A stretch of 63,601 nucleotides of DNA, counting the filler, from Octopus bimaculoides (lineage: Eukaryota), in assembly GCF_001194135.2 (NCBI RefSeq). It is 6 parts of 6 records of this genome, joined end to end, with 100 filler letters (N's around TTAATTAATTAA, not from the genome) between each part and the next. Parts side by side here need not be neighbours in the genome. Positions count along the whole stretch, not along the records: positions 1 to 26,654 come from NC_068994.1; 5 more parts are not named here. The stretch is one strand, 5' to 3'. Below are positions 12,783 through 25,340 of the stretch, piece by piece (the first letter of the stretch is position 1; the number at the start of each line of letters is the position of its first letter). The position numbers were made by a program, and so were the translations under genes. The notes under the pieces were generated by a model. The model searched no databases and was not told the DNA's origin. It saw only the letters and a list, made by a program, of their open reading frames with translations.

Positions 12783-13747
12783 CATAAGGTAATTTGAAAA
12801 ATGTAAGGTCAGTGCTTGACCTCAAAATGACTCTGTTCATAAGTTTTGTAAAATTTGGATAAATTCTTTGGAATCTCCCCCTCCACTCAGATTTATCCTT
12901 GTGCTGTGTTTCAGCAAAATTGAAGAGGTAATAGTAGGATCCACTGTGTGGTCTGTCTTGGAATCACTCATTGCTGTAAAGCAGGAGAACACTCTAACAT
13001 ATATCTGAGTAACTTGTAGCTGACCTCAAATCCTTTTATGAGTTTGATAAAGATAATAGGAAACTACTCTTCAGTAGATCATAATTCTTGGCAAAAAGAA
13101 AGTTTAAAAATATTTAGAGGCTTAAGAAAAGTTTGTGAATCTATATAGTTTTTTGTTCCTCTCTCTCCTTTCAACACTAAAATGAGAGCAAACATTTTCA
13201 AATGAGAAAAGAATCAAAAGCTACTCTTTTAAAGCTGGTCTTTTTGCAGGTATTATTGTAGAAATTGATGCAACTTTTGAGCCCTAGTTCTATCATTCAC
13301 TCCCAATTCAAATGTCAACAACAAGACAACGTTTCCTTTTTTTCCTATCTCTAATATTTCTACAATTCTAACATCTTTCCCATTTAAAAGAAGATCCCTA
13401 CTTGGTGGCAACAAAATGCATTTTTTATACTGATTAGTAAATACATGTACATCCATGCACACACATACCTACATATATATTCATTATGCCCAGAATGGAA
13501 CTGCAAAGACCATAGTTCAACTGAGGATTTAATACATGTATTGTGTAGAGTGTTTATGTTTATTAGTAGCAAGAGGCCTTACAGAGAGCTCATCTGTTTT
13601 GCAGGTCCAGTTGGTAGAATGACTGGATTCAGGTCATCAAGGGTTGAATTCTGAGCACATGCATTCAAATTCTGAATACATTAGATATTGTCACATATAG
13701 TTTGTGTGTGTGTGCATGCACATATGTGTAAATGTGTATAAAAGTGC

Positions 13748-13790
<43 letters not shown>

Positions 13791-13896
13791 CTCTACTTTG
13801 AGCCTTTTGCTACTAATAAACTTGCATTATATAATATGTGTATTGAGTCCTCATTTGAACTATAGTCTCTTCAATTCCATATGGGACATATTTTAT

Positions 13897-15481
13897 ATTA
13901 CATGGAAAAATATGAGCAAGAGAAATGATATTCTTAAGATTATAAACCTGGAAAAGTACAGGACAAGTTATTACACTTGAAAAAGTTCAGGTAAAGTACA
14001 GAACAAGAAAATTTTTACTTAAAAGTATTGCAGCTAAGGATAAAATTTCAAATAAAATATTTAAATTTAGAAAATATTAGCTTTTATTAAAACTAAAAAT
14101 GTTATTACAAGTTATTACTTCTATTTGTAATTACTTGTTACTTCTATTAAAAATTAAAAATAACTCAAAATATACTTTGCACTTTAAAAAAATTCATTTT
14201 TTAAAATTATTAATTAATAATTGGAAATTTGAAAATAGGTTATAGTAGAATTCTAATTTAAAAGAAGCCTCATCATCATCATCATCGTTTAACGTCCACT
14301 TTCCATTCTAGCATGAGTTGGACGATTTGACTGAGGACTGGCAAGCCAGAAGGCTGCACCAGGCTCCAGTCTGATCTGGCAGAGTTTCTACAGCTGGATG
14401 CCCTTCCTAACGCCAACCACTCCGAATGGTGCTTTTACATGCCACCGGCACAAGGGCCAGTCACACGGTACTGGCAACGGCCATGCTCAAAAGGTGTTTT
14501 TTACGTGCCACCTGCACGGGAGCCAGTCCAGTGGCACTGGCAACGACCTCGCTCGAAGGATTTTCTAACATGCCTCCAGCACAAGTGCTAGAAGGCGACA
14601 CTGGTAACGATTACACTCAAATGGTACTATTTACGGGCCACTAACATGGAAGCCAGACAGCTGCTCTGGCAATAAACACGCTCGGACAGTGCTGTTAGTG
14701 CTCCACTGGCGCAGGTGCCAGTCATCGAGTATGGTTCAGTTACAATTTCGATTTCACTTGCCCCAACATGTCTTTGCAAGCAGAGTTTAGTGTCCAATGT
14801 CATATATATGTGTGTGTGTGTGTGTATATGTTTGTGTCTGTGTTTGTTCCCCCATCATCGCTTGACAATCGATGTTGATGTGTTTACGTCCCCGTAACTT
14901 AGCGGTTCAGCATAAGAGACCGATAGGATAAGTACTAGGCTCACAGAGAATAAGTCCTGGGGTCGATTTGCTTGACTAAAGGCAGTGCCCCAGCATGGCC
15001 ACAGTCAAATGACTGAACTAAATAAAAGTAGTACATAATTAGTTAGTAAATAAATATAATAATGCAAAAATTAGTTATATATTACAGTAAAATCTACTTA
15101 TAACAACAAATTCACAGTAAAATTTGCTTGAGTCATTGCCACGTCTTCACATTTTTAGTCTTGACCCAATGCCTATTTTTAACATAATGAATTTGTCTAC
15201 CATATATACTATTCTCCTTTGCATAAAACTTTAGCTATATTGGTGCTCCTGGCTCTTATTTTTTAAGTATTCTAGTGTGTTAATAGTTTAACAAAATGAT
15301 GGTACCCTTTTTTAATTATAATGTTACTTTGTAAATTAAAATCAAATAATTTTTAATATTCAAATTTTATCCTTAGCTGCAATATTTAAAATTTTTTCTT
15401 GTTCTGTACATTACCAGATGTAATAAGTTGTCCTGAACTTTTCCAAGTGTAATAACTTGTCCTCACATTTTTCCATGTAAT
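13897..15481. mobile_element. foldback-like element with ~130-160 bp inverted arms; hosts SINE A and SINE C
   Basis: 13897-14060 is the reverse complement of 15350-15481 (ATTACATGGAAAAAT.TGAG...GGACAAGTTATTACACTT...GTACAGAACAAGAAAA...TATTGCAGCTAAGGATAAAATTT). Confidence 0.7.
14270..14797 (-). mobile_element. SINE-like family A long copy with internal GGCAACG(G/A)CC repeats
   Basis: (TCA)n tail at 14270, reverse-complement family A motifs. Confidence 0.8.
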
Positions 15482-16299
15482 TCATGTTTTTTCCAGGCTA
15501 TGCTTCTATGCTAATTAATAATGTGTCAAATGTGTCAATTAGTGGTGTCATTGATAATTTTTTCTTTACCTCAATGACACCGGTGACATATATTAAAAGT
15601 CCCCTTATAGAACTATATTCATAAAAAAGTATAGAACTATATTATCACCCTCAAATTTGAGAAACAAACACTCATAACTTTTTCTTTTAAAACTTCATGA
15701 TATGCGAGTGATACCATGAAATTCCTTGAATTGAGCTCTGTCATTTAAGCTTAATTAAAATATAGTTTGTTTTTAAAATAAAAAATTAATTATACTTAAA
15801 TCCAATTTTTTGCTTTATATTTTTTTCATGATATTTTACCTCACAACTTTTTTGATACAAATTTTTGTTGCATGGGACCAAAACTATAAAATCCTTCATG
15901 CTTTCTTCTATCATTGAAGCTAAGATAAGTATATTTTGCTTTTAAGATAAAAAAAAGTTATTTAGATCTAAACTTTATTGGTGCCATTACTTACTCTCTT
16001 ATAACATTGCTACAAATTTTAATGTAAACTTTTTTCTACTGGATCAAATCTCAATTTTTTCTATACCCAAATATAGCTAAGGACCAGTCCTCTTCAAAAA
16101 TGTTAACGGTTTTCAATTTGGTTAAGAACTGAATTAGCAACAAGCTCTGAAAGGTGCTGTGTGTGCATAAATTGTGGCCTTAGTATTATTCAACTACTAC
16201 CATAATTGAATGATATATTTTCTGCTCGCTTTAATTGAGCCCTCCCTGACCCCTTCAAACCTGCTGTTTGACTGCTACCATGTGAACTTGACTGATTTA

Positions 16300-18720
16300 G
16301 GTCACCATCATGAAAAAACAAACTATGGACCAAAAATATCCCCAATTCACCAAGAAAATCTACCTCTGATTCCATTCTAAAAGACTCACACATTCATCAA
16401 GTGAATCAGGTGCTGTACTTTCTACAATAAGTGCAACACTGCAACAATAATAATAAACATTTGTTTTCAGGTCCTACAATACACCACCACCTGACCCACT
16501 TTCAATGATTTTGAAGCAGCCCTCTTCTCCTTCATTAAATGAATTAAATTCAAGAGGCATATCAACAAATTCTGCTTGCAATAAAAAAACAAAAGTTATG
16601 AGTTTCACCACACTAAGAACTTACTCATCCATTAGAACAACACCGGTAACTTCGATCAAGCAGACTGTAACCACTATAATTAATTCATTAAGCACAGCTA
16701 GACATCCAAGTACCAAACGGGATGCTCAACAATATTAATAATGTAGGATTTCAAATTGCCTCCAGCCTTGGCACACAAGACAAAATTGAATTCCTTAATT
16801 CTTGTGAAGCCTACTTCTTGCTCAAGGGCCTTAAATTAGAATTCCACTATAACCCAACTATCCAATTAACCCGACTAAGTATGACATTGGCCATATCAAT
16901 AAGAGAATTCTGAATAGAATAATCTGAACTATCAAACAACCTATCCATCTCATCTAGGGTGATTGGTTCTGGCAAACTGAGGATAAACACAAGACTAAAT
17001 GTATTCCCTTTGACATCAAAAACTACAGAAAGTAGTCTGGAATTTTTCAAGAACCTTAATAAGACGGACAACCAGGACATCAATATCATCTTGCATGCTT
17101 GGAAAATGTTCCTAAAATTGAGATGACTGCTAATCAAAATGGATTGACTAGTCTACCCTCTAATTATTTGAAGTCAGTATGGGTGCTCGTTACTCAGCTG
17201 TGGTGATTGATCTAAATGAATTAAACATCCTTAATAAGCTAAAGGAAACATTCTTAATGCTGGGAAGTGGATTGTGCCACAATGACAGACCAACTACCCA
17301 TACCAATTGAAACCTATGGGATACTGACAAAATAAGGCTTCCACTGGTTATTGTAAAAGCTTGTGTCTTAAAAGCACAATCCAGACACACCCAACCATTA
17401 CCAACTGGACACCACCCTCATTATCACTCCTTCTATAAACATTATGGGATATTCACAAACAGTCCCACCATCTGCCATCTACCACTTGATTAATAACAAT
17501 GTGTAACAAAATTTTATGTTTTATTTGTCTCTAGTCAGTAAGTGTTATACTCTATTTGCTGCTTCTATCTAGAAATCAAAGGAAATGACTATTATTCCCT
17601 TCAAACTTTGGTTTTGTGACCTGGACATCAATTCAGATTCAGTGCTGAAGTAGAAATATTGTTAAAGCAAATATTCTGCTCATTACCACAGATTTACTTG
17701 TCAGTTGTTTGACCATAACCAGTTGAGCATGTCCTTTAGTAGCTGACAATATGTGCCTTTGTGATCATGAGAAGGGATAGTTGGGGAGCATCATAGCCAG
17801 GTGTTGAGAGGCATTCTTTGGGGTTTGAATAAAATGTAAGAAAAGCAAAGTTTGAAGGAAATGTTAACCATTTTTCATACTTTCTAGGGGTAAGCAAATT
17901 AGAAATAACAGTTGCTAACCAAGGATAAAAATCGTGTTACACAATGTGATATGTATAAACTATCTGCCAACAAAAGAATTTCCCAGGAACATACACCATA
18001 TTACAATGACATATTGTATAAAAACGGCTTCAATGAAATCACATACTTCTCTCCAACTGATCTACAATGTAACCATGATCACCGACGCAACCATCAACGT
18101 AAGATTATCATTCAGATGTCACGACTCCCATAGGTAGTGCTTTCTCTCTACTGCAACAGCACTTTCCCCTATATCATTGATATCACTAATTCTTCATATT
18201 TAGCTATACATAACTTTGCGCAGACCATTACTACTTCCACCATTGTAAAATTTAACAGATATAAAATATGCCCAGATAATGCCTAACAATCGCACTAAGA
18301 GAGGCTACAACACCTATAACACTACAGCATGCCCTCTTAAGACACATTGTCTTGAGAAAAATATTGGCTATAAATGTTTTGTCAAAGCAAACTTTCCAAC
18401 AGGGTATACATTGGACTCACCACCAATGAATTTAAGACCAGATTTAACTAACATCCACTTACACCCCGAAACCCTAACAACAGAAACGTCATTCACTAAC
18501 TAGACAACTGACTGATCCATGAAAATCAGGCTCAATACGACCTACAATGGAGAATTAATGCTAAAGCCCTACCATGTAGCAGTTTACGGCCTTACAGCTT
18601 ATAGACAGTTGAAAGCTTCTAAATATTACCACGCGAACAGCTATTCAACTAAAAATTGGACTTGTCGCCACCTGAAGACACAAGATTCTCAAAACCTATT
18701 GCAATTGCAAATGCACACAT
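16300..18720 (+). mobile_element. Penelope-like retroelement relic (RT plus GIY-YIG endonuclease)
   Basis: Collinear frameshifted peptides FNDFEAALFSFIK*IKFKR, IASSLGTQDKIEFL..EAYFLLK, INPTKYDIGHINKRIL, DWF...KCIPFDIKNY (RT motif A), FEVSMGA, TPYYNDILYKNGFNE, CPLKTHCLEKNIGYK, RVYIGLTTNEFKTRFN*H (GIY-YIG), YDLQWRI, CRH; interrupted around 17350-17830. Confidence 0.85.
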
Positions 18721-19182
18721 GCCACAGGAGAATAAGATGTATTTGCCTCACCAACGCACTCATACAAATGCCATAACACACTACTGGAGTTCACTACTGC
18801 AATACATTATAATAGCACAGTACTCGACATTACAGTGGCAAACATGAGTGCCTTTGGCAGATACATAAATCACACTACTACGTGTGTACACATACAAACC
18901 ATAAACATCAAAATTGCTTACATTCATGTATGTACACTCATATGCATGAGTGTGTCTCCATATATACGATTCATTCATGTGTGTTTGTGTGTGTGTATCT
19001 GTGTGTGCGTATGCATGCATGTATGTAGTTTGGTATATAGAAGGGAATGTAATCTAAGCTGTGTCCTCGTGAAGCTCATCTGTGTGTTCCAGTAATCAAA
19101 TATATGTTGATGTTTTATTTTAAATGATAAAATCACATATAGAAGTTGAGATTCTTAGTGAATTATAGCACAAACAGAGTAA

Positions 19183-19619
19183 GTATCACAGTATCATGGT
19201 ATCAACCAGACCATCAGATGCTGTTATAACCCGCTTGTCACAATGCAGTTCCAATTTTGTCTTGATTGTGCCATTCTTTTCCATCTTGACCCAAATTGCT
19301 CAACTAAATCGTCTTCCTACCGTTGTGGAGGCCTTTTCTGATCTCTTGGATACCACTCGGTTACTGAACTGGTCCACCTGTTGTCTGTGAACCTTGCGCG
19401 GCCCAGCGGGGCTTGCACTTTCCGTACTCTGCGATCACATCGTTCACTCTGCCCCGTTCTTGAATTATTTCATTTTGAATATGCTGTTAATGATATTCCT
19501 AGAATGGATATTTCCATGGCATTTTGAGTCGTAGTCAATTGATGTTCTAACCTTTTCGTAATAGTTCACGTCTTACTTGCTATCAAATAGTCTGGTACAT
19601 ATGGCATTGTCTAGCTTTA
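19183..19619 (-). mobile_element. RTE-1-like LINE 3' fragment with long flanking direct repeats
   Basis: Minus strand RWA..ARFTDNRWTSSVTEWYPRDQKRPPQR*EDDLVEQFGSRWKRMAQSRQNW; (TGATAC)-like tail; direct repeats at 19107-19182 and 19620-19692. Confidence 0.85.
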
Positions 19620-21494
19620 TTGATGTTTTATTTTAAATGAGAAAATCATACACATAAGTTGAGATTCATGGTGAATTATATTTGCAGAGTAAATATTAAA
19701 ACAAAATTTGTGATATCATTTTAATTCTATGTCACATGTATTTTATTACAAGATGGAAAATACATTTTATGAATATAAATATAAATATTAATAATAATAT
19801 AAATATGATAAATTCATGATAAAAATATACATACATGTATAAACATGTAGAACATCTCCCAACTGAAAATCTTCAGATATTTAATGTCTAGAATTTGGGA
19901 TCCTCGATCTAGGATAGGTGTTCCTTAGCAAATTGACCAATCACAGATAACATCAAATCTGTAAATTTTCAATTGATTCGTAGTGTAATTGATCTTTCAT
20001 GTAAATGTTTGTTCATGTAAATGAAGTTTTGCTGTTAGCAGTGACATGTGTTATTTATATTCTCTCATTGCTGCTCTTTTGTATTATCAGCTACCGTTCA
20101 TCCATATAATGGCAGCATGCTCATCTCAGTATTATTGTTGTTGCATCAGACTGCGATTCGTGTAGTTCGCCATTTTCACACAAGAATCCATTGATCTGAA
20201 ATGATTTTCATTTACTGTGCAATAGCAAATTTTTCTCCTTCCATCATCAACACAGCCATCACACAGCCATCACGTGTGTGTGTGCAGCAGATACCATCTT
20301 TGGATTTGAATTCAGAACATACTTGGTATTCTACAGCTACGATTAATGTAGAAATTCACATTGGCAGCTCAATTCTGCATATCCTGTCAGACTGTCCACC
20401 ATCGCCATTATTATAGTCGTCTTTGCTTCTTACATAACAAGTGTGCAACCACTGTCCAATTCTGCACACATTTTTCCTACCAACTGCAATGCATCTTAAA
20501 TTCTATCTTCCTTCCACCCCTACACCACCTACATTGCAACTGCTGTCACACAAGTATTTTCAAGCACACACCTTTCACAAATTAATTTGCAGCAAAATAT
20601 TCATTCATACATGCCTTTTATTCTTCAAATTAGACCGACTGTTGTAAATTCAAAAACCTTTTTCAATTTTTTAACAATTTATAATTAAACAATTTGATTA
20701 GTAACATTACGTTATAGTACTTTTTTGTACATTCGCACACATACTGATTTTGTAATTTTTAATGACTATTTCTAAACAAGAGCAATTCAGCACTTTATGG
20801 ACAGAATCGAACAATTTCATATTTTTCTGTTTGCTAATTGATATTTTTAGGTTTAATTTGCACTAGATGTTTTTTGCGATATTTTATTACATTTACTACA
20901 AACTCTTGTTCCTTGATTTTGTTCACACTGCAAGGAGAATCCTGTAATTGATAGTTTCCTTTGATTAGAATTCAGAATATTTAGGTTTATAAATCCATTT
21001 GCGATTAGCATTACCTTATATGGTAGTGTTAATTCGAGCTAACATTTTTCCAGCCAATCATTTTTTATGGCAATTTTGATAGGTACTGACAGACAAAAGA
21101 AAAAGTTTTAATTTATTTTCGCGCCTAAATATTTTCAAGAACACTAGAACTTTTTATCAACCCTTATAATAAACCCTGAAATTTGGCTTCATTTTGGGAT
21201 TTCGCTTATAAAGCAATGTGTCTCTAGGCCCTTGTTAACTAGACGTTTCTCAAATTTCTGGTTTCTCTTTCTTTTATTTCAGACACATTTTTTTACAAAA
21301 ATTATGCATATTATTGCTTAGTATTATTAAAAACATTGTTAAAGACATTTATTTTTACTCAACTTGTCATTACAACATCATCAGTATCGAATGATTAACA
21401 CTACTAAATGTGTATGCGTATTACATGATTGTGTTCAACTTTAAATCTCTTTCATTAATGATTTTTATGTCTATATTGATTTCAATTTCAAATT

Positions 21495-21694
21495 TTGGCC
21501 CAAGGCCAGTAATTGCGGGGGAGGGGATAAATCGATTACATCGATCCCAGTACTCAACTTGTACTTTATTTTATCGACCTCAAGAGGATGAAAGGCAAAG
21601 TCGACCTCGGCAGAATTTGAACTCAGAACATGAAGACGTACGAAATGCCATTAAGCACTTTGCCCGGCGTGCTAATGATTCTGCCAGCTCACCG
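21495..21694 (-). mobile_element. tRNA-derived SINE family B
   Basis: Reverse complement of head GGTGAGCTGGCAGAA and B-box-like GAGTTCAAATT; matches 35959-36172 and 52572-52790. Confidence 0.8.
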
Positions 21695-21977
21695 TCTTTT
21701 ATAAACAGTAATTTTACTATGTCGATTAACATTTTTAGACTATTTAAGTATCATATTTTCAATGAAGTAGAAGAAAATATTTTATATTGCTGCAGTAAGG
21801 ATCGTGAGAAAGAGGCTGTAACTAATAAAAATCATTATCGCTAGAGCTGAAGTCTTTAACCATTAACTCCAAGTACAAGCTGCCTGTATATATGGGTTAA
21901 TTTCTGGTTTGCATTTTGCTATTAATAAATCTTTTTTAGCTAATCTAGGTTTTTGTGTGTGTGTATGTGCGCGCATA

Positions 21978-22149
21978 CAGTGATTCCCAATGTGGGGCAT
22001 ACGCTCCACCGGTGTGGCATGGGAAAATTGTGATTCGATGTAGGATCCATAATATTTTTTCTTTTTTTTTTTAGTGGGACATAGAATTAAGAAAATCTTT
22101 TTTTCACAGCAAACATATAACCCCTATACAAATAGGTTGGGAAACACTG
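21978..22149. mobile_element. hAT (Charlie-like) MITE
   Basis: TIRs CAGTGATTCCCAA / TTGGGAAACACTG; left TSD not recoverable. Confidence 0.55.
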
Positions 22150-22404
22150 GTCTAATCGCTTCAAACAGTTATGTCATGAAGTTTAAAACTTTCATATCTG
22201 ATTAATATTTACATGTTTTGTGGCTTTCAAGGATGTGATTTCTTATTGCCATATAGTTTGTAATTCTGATGCTTTAGCAATATAGTCAAACACTGTTTGT
22301 GGTCGTGATAGTTTCATCATTCCAATGATGCTTGCTGCCAATTAAAAAAAAAATGACAATAAAAACCGTTCATCTTCCATTTCATTCTGAAGATGACTTG
22401 GAGG

Positions 22405-22560
22405 CACTAGCGTAGCTAGGGGCAGTATGGGCGACACTTTTAAAGGGCAGCATTTTTGGGTCTGCTGTAGGCAATATGTGTTTTTTGTGAGGTCTGAGGG
22501 TAGCAAACGGAAGTGCCCGCCCCCCGCCCCAGGGCGGCACACACTCTAGCTACACTAGAG
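22405..22560. mobile_element. hAT-type MITE with 8-bp TSD
   Basis: TIRs CACTAGCGTAGCTAG / CTAGCTACACTAGAG; TSD CTTGGAGG (22397-22404) / GTTGGAGG (22561-22568). A related 5' end CAGTGGTGTAGCTAGGGG lies at 63370. Confidence 0.7.
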
Positions 22561-22878
22561 GTTGGAGGTCAAGAAATATGAATGAACTTCGAAATGTTAT
22601 TGTTTCAAAATAAACATAAAGAACTGCGGCAGAAATACAAAAAAAAAAAATTAAAAACTGTTGTCTTTATTATATTTTAGAAAGAAGCTATTCATTATAC
22701 TCAGAGGTAAGTATGCATGCATGTGAGTATGTATGTACGTAGTACATGCGTATGTATGTATGTATGTATGTATGCATGCATCATAATCGAGTGATTAAAA
22801 AGACCACCACTCAGCAAAGTACTTGCAGTAAATTCAGCTATTACTGTGCTCCTTTACTTGTTTCTCTTAGTCTTTTCT

Positions 22879-22910
<32 letters not shown>

Positions 22911-24099
22911 TGAAGATGCCTGTATGTCAATTGCCCCACAATATTTTGTACTAAAAAAAATTGGCTCAAACAGAAATGGTGACATATACCCGTAGCAGAT
23001 TTTCGGAGGGAATGGAAGACATAATTTGAACTTTAGGTTCTGTACGTAGAAATAAAACTATGAAACTTTTGCAGTATAATCTGATTTTAGCTTCAATGTT
23101 CGTACCTGTATAGCCAAGGTCCTTTAGTTTGGTCTCACTTCATTTTACCAGAAATTATAGATGTCTAGCTATCATAGACTCGAAATTCTCTCCGTTTCCT
23201 ACTTTTGCTACAAAAAATTTCTTTGTCGGTTTCAGTAACATTTTTTAAACATTAACACTATCATGGAATGCATTTTCAACTACATAAACTCTAGTAACTG
23301 ACCACTCAATGGAAACTGTTTTGGTAGTTCTTTAGAATATTGCATCATCATAGAATGGTATGATGGCTCCTTAGCCAAATTCCTACTTTGGTACGACAGC
23401 AAATTAATATAAGACAAGATATTATTAGCATGAACATTCATTAGCAACTCCAGCAAAACCTTTTCATCTGAGACGATAATTAAATATACTTTGGTTTATT
23501 GCGACATTTGCATCGCATACAAGCAATATAATAAACTCATTGGTCATCTTTACTTAGCTGAAACAGCTTTGATATTATTATAGAACAAGAAGAGCATGAA
23601 TTCAAGAAATGATCTCTGTTTGCAAAAAGCAAAGTTCCTGGTAAATAATTTTCAAATTATGGATCTGACATAAAATTCAAACGAGATTTTATGTATTCTA
23701 TTATTTTCTCCTTTTCATTTCCCCTTTTTCCGTTTTCAGTTATTTTTCTAATTTGTCTTTTTCATTCATTGGATTTTGTCTTTCTCTTTCTGTTTTTGAT
23801 TTTGGTGTTCTTTTCCTCCTGCTATTTATTATTATTATTATTATTGAAGAGGATAGTAGTGAAGGGAAATGAAGCTATTTTTTAAAACTTTTACATTCAG
23901 CTTTTGAATGGAGGGCGAGTTTTGTGAATGTTTCAAGGTAGTCCTCGTATTCCTCACTTTCTTCTTTAACATTCCATTCCTCTATTCATACACACATTCC
24001 ATTCCTGCATTCGTCAATAATATATTTATATTTTCATTTTCTTTTATTTCTTATTTCACATGCTGTTTCAGAGAGGTAAAAAAATTGTGATTGATATTT

Positions 24100-25041
24100 G
24101 ACTGTTGTTTTGCTAGGTGAGCAACATCCTCTCCAACATGGACCAGTTCCAATAGGGAGTTGGATGAAGCTCTCCAGCACTGGAGATAATTGGGCTTGTC
24201 TGCTCCTGAGAAGGTGGAAGAATTTTGGAGTCAGAGAGCTTGGGACAGCATAATTTCAAAGGCCACCTTCGACTTCCTCTTCATCCAGTCGGACCAGTTT
24301 TCAAGGTGCCGCTTACTGTGCTAGCGACAAATACTCAGGTGACTGGATTGATGCTGTCCCTGTGGCTAATGTTGCTAGCCTACTCAGCTTGGACGAACTT
24401 TGTGTCTCCATTGCTCTCAGAGCAAGAGCTGATGTATGCACAGGTTTGATCTGTCATTGTGACAGGCTTCTCCACTCCACAGACCCCATGGTCTTTCTTG
24501 CCACCTGAATGCTGGTCACTTCACACATCGTGTGGAGTTGAACCTGATACTCAAGAGGAGCTTGGCCCGTGCAAACATCCCCTCCATCTTGGAACCATCA
24601 GGATTGTCCAGATGTGATGGGAAAAGACCTGATGGCCTCACCCTGTGCCCCTGGTCGCGAGACAGATGCCTTGTCTGGGATGTCACAGTTAGTGACTCCT
24701 TTGCTTCTTCTCATATCCTGGATGCTGCAGTCAGGGTGAGATCCACAGCTTTTGTGGCCGAGCAGAACAAAATCCTGAAATACCGCAATCTGTCAGCCTA
24801 CTACATTTTCCATCCTGTGACGTTCAAGACATTTGGTGGGGTCGGACCACTAGCTGCAAGATTCCTGTCTTCACTGGCAACTCGCCTAGCAGAAGTAACT
24901 GGTGAGGCTTGTGAGGGCGCTTGGCTGATCCAGCACATCAGCTTCGTCATCACTGCGGCAACGCTGCAAGCCTGCTGGCATGTCTCAATAGCCATTAGAA
25001 AGGTTTGCCAGCATCCCCAACTTTTCAACCCAAGGTGGTGA
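24100..25041 (+). mobile_element. CRE-clade non-LTR retrotransposon 3' fragment (Zn knuckle plus restriction-like endonuclease)
   Basis: QRAWD, YSGDWIDAVP, (H)GLSC..AGH, LN.ILKRSLARANIPSILEPSGLSRCDGKRPDGLTLCPW...LVWDVTVSDSFASSH...AEQNKILKY...FHPVTFKTFG: the PD-x-D RLE architecture of CRE elements; frameshift near 24490-24500. Confidence 0.88.
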
Positions 25042-25154
25042 ATTATTTCTGTTTGTTTTTTTTTGTTTTTTCCTTTTTTTTTTTTTGTTTTAAATCTTTG
25101 TAATTTAATATTGTAAAACAGTAAACACTGTGAAGGCACAACAGTTAAATATTC

Positions 25155-25340
25155 TTGCCATGATAGATTGCTAGCAATTACACTTTATTTATTTTCTCTC
25201 CCTGTTTCTTTTTGTGTTCCTTTCTGTGGAAGAGCATAGGCTCGAAACGTAAAAGACTTCTTCACTAAGCATTAAACTAATACATCTGTTTGTTGTCTAC
25301 ACCACCTGTCTTCATCTTTTGTTTTTTTGTGAATTTCCCC
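25155..25340 (+). mobile_element. Penelope-type terminal repeat fragment with hammerhead-like core
   Basis: GCCATGATAGAT.GCT...TTTCTGTGGAAGAGCATAGGCTCGAAACGTAAAAGACTT; homologous minus copy at 34032-34158. Confidence 0.55.

Noticed and set aside
20370-20520. Minus-strand Cys/His peptide (KNVCRIGQWLHTCY) resembling a PHD fragment
   Set aside because: Cys spacing is incomplete and the frame is closed by stops on both sides.
23597-23641. Possible first coding exon MNSRNDLCLQKAKFL|gtaaat
   Set aside because: Only an ATG and a moderate donor; no downstream exon or homology.
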